A DNA stretch of 64,000 nucleotides, taken from assembly GCA_964610735.1 (NCBI GenBank), contig CAZSYH010000004.1, positions 5,299 through 69,298 of the forward strand, written 5' to 3'. Below, one piece after another: positions 45,276 through 52,677 of this stretch (positions are counted from its first letter, which is position 1; each line of letters begins with the position of its first letter). The notes under the pieces were generated by a model. The model saw only the letters and a list, made by a program, of their open reading frames with translations. It was not told where the DNA came from and did not search any database. The stretch is from an uncultured Syntrophaceae bacterium (lineage in GTDB: Bacteria > Desulfobacterota > Syntrophia > Syntrophales > UBA2210). The translations under genes were made by a program, and so were the position numbers.

Positions 45276-45730
45276 TTCAGCACTCCTTCAATAGCCAGGT
45301 ATATTTCCGCGAAACAAAGCCTGTAATAATAGCTTGAAAGCTTGTACGGATCCCTGATATCATCCACGTCACCGCTGTTCAACTGAGTGCAGCCACTGGA
45401 AAATGATTTTAAGAGAAAGGTCTTCTCTTTTGCTTCAGGATAGTTTTCAATGATCGTCTTCCGTTGCTGGTGCTCCATCACAAGTATCATGTCGGTTTCA
45501 GCGACCATATCCAAAGTCAACATCCTCGATTTATGACCGTAACCATTAAACCCCTTTTCTTCCAGAATATCAACAGCTCCTGGATCACCCGGGGCTCCTT
45601 CCATATCAAAAAGGGAAGCCGATGACACCTCGATGTCGCCGCGGCCATTCTCCTCTCCCCTTTTCCTGAATACGCGCTCCGCCATAAAGCTCCGGCAGAT
45701 ATTGGCGGTGCAGACAAACAGAATTTTCAT
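45266..45730 (-). CDS. Low-molecular-weight protein-tyrosine phosphatase
   Basis: 'KILFVCTANICRSFMAE' (CX5R(S/T) P-loop) and 'DIRDPY' (Asp loop). Confidence 0.9.
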   Translation of the reverse strand: MKILFVCTANICRSFMAERVFRKRGEENGRGDIEVSSASLFDMEGAPGDPGAVDILEEKGFNGYGHKSRMLTLDMVAETDMILVMEHQQRKTIIENYPEAKEKTFLLKSFSSGCTQLNSGDVDDIRDPYKLSSYYYRLCFAEIYLAIEGVLKCI

Positions 45731-45734
45731 AAAC

Positions 45735-46076
45735 CTATTTCCTGTTTCCGGTGTATTCCAGGGCCTCTTTTACATCCTGTTTTAATTCAGGATCCGTCAG
45801 AACATTCCTTATCTCGGTTTTTGCTCTGGTAAGAGTGTACTCTACCCCCTCCTTGATATTTACTTTAATACCCTCGACGAGGACCGGGTCTGTAACTATC
45901 TGGCGTATTGTATTTGCGGCATTTCTCTGGGCATAATCTATCATTTTTTTGCCACCATAGCTGATAAAACTGAAACATATAAGAACCGTTATGATGACTA
46001 CAATCCCCCAGGGAACAGCCCTTGCAAATTCCCTTACAAAAACACCTTTTGTCCCGTTGTCTCTGTTCTCTTCCAT
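45735..46076 (-). CDS. Small single-pass membrane protein, unknown function (first gene of the operon)
   Basis: TM helix 'VPWGIVVIITVLICFSFISYG'. Its stop lies 4 nt from the LMW-PTP start. Confidence 0.4.
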   Translation of the reverse strand: MEENRDNGTKGVFVREFARAVPWGIVVIITVLICFSFISYGGKKMIDYAQRNAANTIRQIVTDPVLVEGIKVNIKEGVEYTLTRAKTEIRNVLTDPELKQDVKEALEYTGNRK

Positions 46077-46284
46077 TTCCCAATCCTCCTTTCATAATAT
46101 ATCTCCTGGCAGTCTAGCAAATCCGTGAAAATAATCAAGAATAATAATAAAAGGCGAATTGACCCTGGTAAAACCCGAATTAAGGGTTTTTGGGATATTC
46201 CTTCTTGAAGACCAAAGGAATGCTGTGATAAGAAGACATCCGTATCAAAATGAGATTTTCAGATCAAGGAGGCTATGCCCCGGG

Positions 46285-47610
46285 ATGCGGGAAGTTGATA
46301 TCATCATATCAGGAGGAAGAATCCTCACGTCGGACGAAAAAGATTCTATCATTCACAGCGGCTCTATCGCCATAGATGGAGATACGATTGCTGGTATCGG
46401 CCGGTCAGAAGATATGGAAACGCGATTTTCAGGCCGCAGGACCATAGACGCTCGCAATTGTCTGGTCATGCCCGGCCTCATAAACAGCCATACCCACGCG
46501 GCCATGACATGCTTCAGGGGTATAGCTGACGACATGGAGCTGATGGACTGGCTGAACAATTACATATTCCCCGCCGAGGCCAGAAATGTTGATCCGGAAC
46601 TGGCCTTCTGGGGCAGTATGCTCGCGTGCGCTGAAATGATAAAATCGGGGACAACGACCTTCTGTGACATGTATCTGTTCGAAGATGAAACCGCCCAGGT
46701 CGCCCGCCAGGCCGGGATGCGGTGCCTCCTTGGAGAAGCACTCTTTGATTTTCCCTCGCCAAACGCAAAAAACCCTGAGGATGGATTAGCGTACACTCGC
46801 ATGCTTATCGAGAAGTGGGCCGAAGACCCCCTTGTCAATATTATGGTTGAACCGCACTCACTGTACACATGTTCCCCCCAACTTATTAAAGACGCCAAGG
46901 CGCTGGCTGATCAATACAACGTCCCCTTCGCAACTCATTTACTTGAGAACAAAGGGGAAGCAAAGCAGTTGAAGGAGAAGCTCGGCAAAAGGGCAACCGC
47001 ATTTTTAAGGGATATCGGCTGTCTCGATGAACATTTTTTCGCCTTCCACTGTGTTTGCATGGATGAAGAAGACATAAAGATCTTCGCCGATCACGGCTGC
47101 AAGGTAGTTCATAATCCCGAAAGCAATATGAAGCTGGCTTCCGGGGCCGCGCCCATATCAATCATGCTGGAACATGGCATCACTGTCGGGCTGGGAACCG
47201 ATGGCTGCGCCAGCAACAATAATCTCGACATGTTCGGTGAGATGAGCACGGCCGCAAAGCTTGAAAAGGCCGAAAAGCTCGACCCCACGGTGATGTCCGC
47301 GAAAACAGTAGTGCGAATGGCAACTCGAAACGGCGCCCGGGTGCTGGGGATGGGAGATATCACAGGATCATTGAAGACAGGCATGAAGGCGGATATTATA
47401 ATTATCGACCTGAACAAACCCCACCTTACTCCGATGTATGATGAATATTCCCACATCGTCTATGCCGCGGGAGGATCAGACGTGGAGACTGTGGTTATAA
47501 ACGGCAGGGTAGTGATGGAAAACCGCAGGCTTCTTACAATCAACGAGGATGAAGCCATGCAGAGGGTGAGAAAGATAGCGGAGAGGATTAAAAGAAGTCT
47601 GGGAATATAG
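46285..47610 (+). CDS. mtaD: 5-methylthioadenosine/S-adenosylhomocysteine deaminase-type amidohydrolase
   Basis: 'LVMPGLINSHTHAAMTCFRGIADDMELMDWL', 'HLLENKGE' and 'GLGTDGCASNNNLDMF'. Start set at 'MREVDIIISGG' (46285), downstream of AAGGAGG. Confidence 0.8.
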   Translation: MREVDIIISGGRILTSDEKDSIIHSGSIAIDGDTIAGIGRSEDMETRFSGRRTIDARNCLVMPGLINSHTHAAMTCFRGIADDMELMDWLNNYIFPAEARNVDPELAFWGSMLACAEMIKSGTTTFCDMYLFEDETAQVARQAGMRCLLGEALFDFPSPNAKNPEDGLAYTRMLIEKWAEDPLVNIMVEPHSLYTCSPQLIKDAKALADQYNVPFATHLLENKGEAKQLKEKLGKRATAFLRDIGCLDEHFFAFHCVCMDEEDIKIFADHGCKVVHNPESNMKLASGAAPISIMLEHGITVGLGTDGCASNNNLDMFGEMSTAAKLEKAEKLDPTVMSAKTVVRMATRNGARVLGMGDITGSLKTGMKADIIIIDLNKPHLTPMYDEYSHIVYAAGGSDVETVVINGRVVMENRRLLTINEDEAMQRVRKIAERIKRSLGI

Positions 47611-47920
47611 GGTCCGGGCGCTAAGCTGTGTTCTCACTATACTGGGAGTCTTTAGCCTCCACTCATTACCTTGGACAGCTGAAGTCGCCCCTGCCGGCAA
47701 GGTTCCGGTGACCTTCAACCCGAAACTCAAAACTTTTCTCTTTTATGTGTAAAATTTGTTATAAATTATTGACATAACAGCTACTCTTATAATAGGAATG
47801 GCTTTGCCGGACAAAAATAGTGAACAGGGACGACTTCAGTCCCTGCCCGTACAACAAAAAACACTGGGTGGTTTTTGATACCTGATCAGTTGCCGGGAAT
47901 AAATCGTACAGGAGATAAGC

Positions 47921-48775
47921 ATGGAAATAAGGAGGGTATGCGTTTTGGGTGCAGGTCTGATGGGCAGCGGCATCGCCCAGGTCTGCGCGCAGGCGGGTTA
48001 TGATGTCTCCATGAGAGACATCGAACAGCGTTTTATTGACGGCGGTATGAACACGATAAAGAAAAACCTCAGCCGCGACGTGTCAAAGGGGAAAAAGACA
48101 CAGAAAGAGGCAGATGCCATCATCGGAAGGCTTAAGCCCACTCTGGATCTGAAAGAAGCTGCCTGTGACGCCGATATAGTGGTCGAGGTGGTTATAGAGG
48201 TAATGGATGTAAAGAAGAAGGTGTACTCCGAGCTGGAAGAGATAGTGCCGGACCGGTGTCTCTTTTTCACTAACACATCCGGCCTCAGCATCACGGAGAT
48301 AGCATCAGTTACAAAAAGACCGGATAAATTCATAGGCACCCATTTCTTCAATCCCGTGCCGGTCATGCGTCTTCTGGAAATCATAAAAGGTTATGAAACA
48401 TCCGAAGAAACACTGGAGATCGCGAAAGGATGGGGGGGAAAGATCGGTAAGGAAGTCATTATCGTAAAGGAAGCGCCCGCCTTTGCCGTAAACAGGGTAC
48501 TGTGCACCATGCTGAATGAGGCGTTCTACACCCTGGGCGAAGGAATCGCAAGCGCGGAAGACATAGACAAGGGGATGGTATTGGGATGCAACCACCCGAT
48601 CGGACCTCTGGCGCTCTCCGATCTTGTTGGCCTGGACACACTTCTGCATGTAATAGAGGGGCTCCACGAAGAGCTGGGTGACAAATACAGACCCGCTCCC
48701 CTATTAAAACAGCTGGTAAGGGCACGGCGATACGGCAGGAAAACGGGAAAAGGCGTGTATGACTACAGCAAATAA
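47921..48775 (+). CDS. hbd: 3-hydroxybutyryl-CoA dehydrogenase
   Basis: '[24 protein letters not shown]', '[16 protein letters not shown]' and '[20 protein letters not shown]'. Confidence 0.9.
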   Translation: MEIRRVCVLGAGLMGSGIAQVCAQAGYDVSMRDIEQRFIDGGMNTIKKNLSRDVSKGKKTQKEADAIIGRLKPTLDLKEAACDADIVVEVVIEVMDVKKKVYSELEEIVPDRCLFFTNTSGLSITEIASVTKRPDKFIGTHFFNPVPVMRLLEIIKGYETSEETLEIAKGWGGKIGKEVIIVKEAPAFAVNRVLCTMLNEAFYTLGEGIASAEDIDKGMVLGCNHPIGPLALSDLVGLDTLLHVIEGLHEELGDKYRPAPLLKQLVRARRYGRKTGKGVYDYSK

Positions 48776-48811
48776 CAGGGATAATTTGTTAACAAACAAC
48801 AGGAGGAAAAA

Positions 48812-49945
48812 ATGGACTTTGAACTGCCCGAAGAAATGAGGATGTTACAGGATATGGCGTACAAATTTGCCCAAGCAGAAATAGCGCCTATCGCGGAGGA
48901 ATGTGACAAGGAAGAAAGATATACCCCAGAGATTCGGAAGAAAGGTGCGGAAAACGGCCTTGTCTGCGCGTGGGTACCGGAAGAATACGGGGGATCAGGC
49001 GTTGGAATACTGGGAAACGCCCTGGTAACGGAACAGGTCTCCAGGGTTGACATGGGTGTCGGCCTCAATATAGTGGCGGCCGGTTTTGGATGTGAAGCGA
49101 TTTATTACTTCGGGACGGAAGAACAGAAGAAAAAATATTTGCCTCCTGTGTGCAGGGGCGAGCAGGTGAGCGCGGGCGCATATACGGAACCGAACGCCGG
49201 AACAGACGTGGCAGGATATGGAACAAGGGCTGTAAAAGACGGTAGTGACTATATAATCAACGGGAGCAAGATGTTCATTACGAATGGAACCGTCTGCGAC
49301 TGGATGGTATGCCAGTGCATCACAAACCCTGACGCCAAGACACATCACAAATTCAGCCAGATAATAGTGCCTTCCGACACCCCCGGCATCACGCGAACCA
49401 AGATTCACGGCAAGATGGGAATCAGAGCCAGCGATACCGCTGAGATCTCCCTCGAAGATGTCCGGGTGCCCCAGGAAAATCTTATCGGTGAAGAGGGAAA
49501 AGGGTTTCACCAGTTAATGCATTTCTTTGATATAACGAGGATCATGGTAGCCGCGCAGGCGCTCGGAATTTCTCAAGGCTGCCTCGATGAAGCCGTAAAG
49601 TATTCCAAGGAAAGAACCGCTTTCGGTAAACCGCTCGGCACCTTTCAGATTACAATGCAGAAGCTGACAGAGATGGCGATCAGGGTAGAAGCCTTGAGGA
49701 ACCTCGTTTACAAAGCCGCGTGGTCAGCGGACTCGGGTCACCCTGATTTTCACCTCGGAGCAATGGCCAAATATTACGGTGGTCAAACCGCAGTATTCTG
49801 TGCTAATGCCGCCGTTGAAATCCATGGAGGATATGGCTACATAGAAGAATACAAAGTACAGAGGTGGTACAGAGACGCCAAGATACTTGAGCTGTACGAA
49901 GGCACAAAAGAAGCTGAAATCATGACAATCGGCAGGATTTTGTAA
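48812..49945 (+). CDS. Acyl-CoA dehydrogenase (short-chain/butyryl-CoA type)
   Basis: 'AYTEPNAGTDVAG', 'GSKMFITNG' and 'QIHGGYGYIEEYKVQRWYRDAKILELYEGT'. Confidence 0.9.
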   Translation: MDFELPEEMRMLQDMAYKFAQAEIAPIAEECDKEERYTPEIRKKGAENGLVCAWVPEEYGGSGVGILGNALVTEQVSRVDMGVGLNIVAAGFGCEAIYYFGTEEQKKKYLPPVCRGEQVSAGAYTEPNAGTDVAGYGTRAVKDGSDYIINGSKMFITNGTVCDWMVCQCITNPDAKTHHKFSQIIVPSDTPGITRTKIHGKMGIRASDTAEISLEDVRVPQENLIGEEGKGFHQLMHFFDITRIMVAAQALGISQGCLDEAVKYSKERTAFGKPLGTFQITMQKLTEMAIRVEALRNLVYKAAWSADSGHPDFHLGAMAKYYGGQTAVFCANAAVEIHGGYGYIEEYKVQRWYRDAKILELYEGTKEAEIMTIGRIL

Positions 49946-50047
49946 TCCAGGTAATGCGGAGCTGGTGGCTTCTTCCCGATATTAGAGAAGGAGCCACTTC
50001 CCCAATATACGGAAAATCAATATAAGAACTATAGAGAGGTAAAAGAC

Positions 50048-50329
50048 ATGGCCCTTACAAAAGCGGAACTCGCCAGGAATGTGCATGCCTGCACGGGATT
50101 CTCAAAAGAAAAGAGCGTAAAAATAGTGGAAAGCACACTCGAACTTATGAAGAAGGAACTGGAAGAGGGAAGGGACATCCTTATATCCGGATTCGGCAAG
50201 TGGTCGGTCAAGGCGAAAAATCCTCGCAGAGGCCGAAATCCCCAGACAGGAAAAGAGCTGACGCTGGACGCGCGCCGGGTGGTCACCTTCAGATGCTCCA
50301 GAAAATTGAAAGACGGCGTGGATTCCTGA
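50048..50329 (+). CDS. ihfA: Integration host factor alpha-like / HU-family DNA-bending protein
   Basis: 'MALTKAEL...ISGFGKWSVKAKNPRRGRNPQTGKELTLDARRVVTFRCSRKLKDGV'. The N-terminus and arm are very similar to E. coli IhfA. Confidence 0.8.
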   Translation: MALTKAELARNVHACTGFSKEKSVKIVESTLELMKKELEEGRDILISGFGKWSVKAKNPRRGRNPQTGKELTLDARRVVTFRCSRKLKDGVDS

Positions 50330-50472
50330 AGCTCAAGCTTATTCCCATGCGCATAAAACATCACAACAGATATGTTGGGAATACGCTTGTCAGGCAGATA
50401 CACCACGAACATCCAACGTGCCGGCCGGTATGTCACCTGTAGCACAATGAATGGCAAAACGGAGGGTGACAA

Positions 50473-52677
50473 ATGGGTCATTCCGATAAAAAAGACACTA
50501 GTTTCCATAGCTTCCTTGACGCTGAGATCGTAAAGAAAGACAGCGCGGAGAAGATCATGGAAAGCAGTGTCACCCTCCCCGTTGAACCCTCCCGGGAGGA
50601 GCTGGAAAGAAAGTCCCTGCTGTCGCCCCGGCTGTTCAAACATCAGGATCTTACAAAACCCCCTAAATCTTCTCCCAGGATAAACAAGAAAAAACTTACC
50701 AACATCATAAATCACATTAACTTCACCAACGGATACCTGTGGACCCACCTGAAAGATCCACGGTATGAAGAAGATATCTTCGTACGCGCCTGTCCACAGC
50801 CATGCATGGGAGAAACGATAACCTGTCAGTGGTCAAAAGAAAACACAACAGGTTTTGAGAACTATCATTTTCTGAATCTGCTGATTGACAACGGCATATC
50901 GGCAATAATAATGCCGGCAAAGTTGTTAAATATCAGCAGGGACTGTTTTACAATTCACATGCCTGATACAGGCTATGTCCTTGGAAAACGACAGGCCAGG
51001 CGATACACATGCCACGAGGTTACCGCCGAGCTCAGTCAAAGCGGGTTTCTGGCCAGAGGCGATCTGCTTGATTTCAGTCCCCTTTCTTTCCGTATCAAAG
51101 TTACACCTGACTTTGGCGGGTCTTTTCACTGGTTGAATCAGGATGAACCACTTACCCTTAATCTATACCGGGATCAAAGGGTCATCTTCTCCGGCTCTTG
51201 CCGGTTTATTCACCAGACGGGTAACATGTCCGCTAAAGAAATCGTGGTCGCCCCTCTGGTGGGACAATTCAACCGTTTTAAGGGCAGAAAGATACGCAGC
51301 CCCAGGATGCGACTAGCGCCGTCGTCCAGCATAAGCTTTGAACATCCCCTTTCCGGGAAGGGGATGCAGCGTGACATATATGATATCTCCGTTACCGGGT
51401 TCTCGGTACACGAAAGAAACGATGAGGCTGTTCTGATCCCTGGCATGATCATCTCTAAACTCAATATAAACTACTCAGGCGCAATAACCATGCCGTGTAC
51501 CGCGCAGGTCCTGTACCTTCGAAAAGAAAAAAAAGGTCTGTTCCGCTGCGGCCTGGCAATCCTGGACATGAATGTCACCAATTACGGGAGGCTGAGTAAT
51601 ATACTGGGTAACATTACGGACGTGAACTTTCATGTCTGCGACGAAACAGGTATGGACGCCCTGTGGGAGTTTTTTTTCGAAACCGGCTTCATTTATCCCG
51701 GGAAGTACAATTTTATCGAGCGCCACAGGAATGATTTCAAGGAAACTTATCGCAAGCTATATCAGGACAAACCTGAGATTTTCACTCACTTAAACTATCA
51801 GGAAAACGGTCAGATATACGGTCACGTTTCCATGGTAAAGGCTTATGAACGCTCATGGATGGTTCATCATCTTGCCGCAAGACCGGTGCCGGGGACCAGA
51901 AAACATACGGGAGTCCCCTTCTTGAGACAGATAATGCACTACTTTGAGGGGTTCTATCGGCTGCCGGCCTTTAAAATGGACTACTGGATTTGTTATTACC
52001 GCTCCCAGACCAAATTCATGGATATGTTCTTTGGAGATTTTGCAAGACATTTCAGGAGCCCAAGAGGCTGTTCACTGGATCTCTTCGCGTACAAGAACCA
52101 TCCAACGGTGTCTCCGCAGGGACAATTCCCCGACGGGTGGCTGTTGAGGAAATTTGAGACCTCCGATCTGTTCGAACTCGAACGCTTCTACAGGAACAGT
52201 TCCAACGGACTGCTTCTCGATATACTTCGCCTCGGACACGAGGCCTCCGGTGATGAATCACTGGAAGAACTGTACAAACGTTACGGATTAACAAGAAAAT
52301 GTAAGGCATATTCCCTCACCTATATGCACGAATTGAAGGCTGTTCTTATCGTAAACCAATCAGATCTGGGCCTTAATCTGTCCGAACTCCTGAACGGTAT
52401 CAAGATCATAATAACCGATTCGGCATCTTTGCCCTGGGACATATTGTCCAGCGCGGTCTCCCGCCTGACAGAGGTATATACAGTCGAAAAAATTCCTCTT
52501 CTGATATATCCCCACACATATCTGGAGAACGAGGATATATCGTATGAGAAACAATATATAATGTTTATCATGGATATGCAGTATGGAAAAGATTTTCTGG
52601 ACTACATGAAGGGAAGACTGAAGGCAAAGATCAGGCTCCTCATCAGATTCCTTATCAGGAGATACCTGACAAAATGA
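50473..52677 (+). CDS. Large PilZ-like domain protein with uncharacterised C-terminal half
   Basis: Two PilZ-like segments: 'RQARRY...DLLDFSPLSFRIKV' and 'RKIRSPRMR...DIYDISVTGFSV' (DxSxxG). The rest is unassigned. The stop overlaps the next gene's start (ATGA). Confidence 0.5.
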   Translation: MGHSDKKDTSFHSFLDAEIVKKDSAEKIMESSVTLPVEPSREELERKSLLSPRLFKHQDLTKPPKSSPRINKKKLTNIINHINFTNGYLWTHLKDPRYEEDIFVRACPQPCMGETITCQWSKENTTGFENYHFLNLLIDNGISAIIMPAKLLNISRDCFTIHMPDTGYVLGKRQARRYTCHEVTAELSQSGFLARGDLLDFSPLSFRIKVTPDFGGSFHWLNQDEPLTLNLYRDQRVIFSGSCRFIHQTGNMSAKEIVVAPLVGQFNRFKGRKIRSPRMRLAPSSSISFEHPLSGKGMQRDIYDISVTGFSVHERNDEAVLIPGMIISKLNINYSGAITMPCTAQVLYLRKEKKGLFRCGLAILDMNVTNYGRLSNILGNITDVNFHVCDETGMDALWEFFFETGFIYPGKYNFIERHRNDFKETYRKLYQDKPEIFTHLNYQENGQIYGHVSMVKAYERSWMVHHLAARPVPGTRKHTGVPFLRQIMHYFEGFYRLPAFKMDYWICYYRSQTKFMDMFFGDFARHFRSPRGCSLDLFAYKNHPTVSPQGQFPDGWLLRKFETSDLFELERFYRNSSNGLLLDILRLGHEASGDESLEELYKRYGLTRKCKAYSLTYMHELKAVLIVNQSDLGLNLSELLNGIKIIITDSASLPWDILSSAVSRLTEVYTVEKIPLLIYPHTYLENEDISYEKQYIMFIMDMQYGKDFLDYMKGRLKAKIRLLIRFLIRRYLTK

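Noticed and set aside
10725-46076. Calling the whole region a PEP-CTERM/exosortase system.
   Set aside because: Several accessory families fit (ExeA-like ATPase, AsnB-type amidotransferase, NodB deacetylase, Wzz/BY-kinase, Wza). However, no exosortase (EpsH-like) gene and no PEP-CTERM-tailed substrate is visible in this window.
46275-46298. A 7-codon out-of-frame uORF (MPRDAGS) placed optimally after the AAGGAGG upstream of mtaD.
   Set aside because: It is probably coincidental. The in-frame ATG at 46285 gives a canonical amidohydrolase N-terminus, and there is no evidence for regulatory uORF function.
47771-47795. TTGACA...TATAAT-like hexamers upstream of hbd as a promoter.
   Set aside because: The spacer is only 13-14 nt, well short of the 17 +/- 1 optimum, so it is not reported as a feature. 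The nearby 7-bp hairpin (47825-47845) has no U-tract.
50029-50748. A 239-aa minus-strand ORF spanning ihfA and the start of the PilZ gene.
   Set aside because: It overlaps two well-supported plus-strand genes and the spacer between them. It has no recognisable domain.
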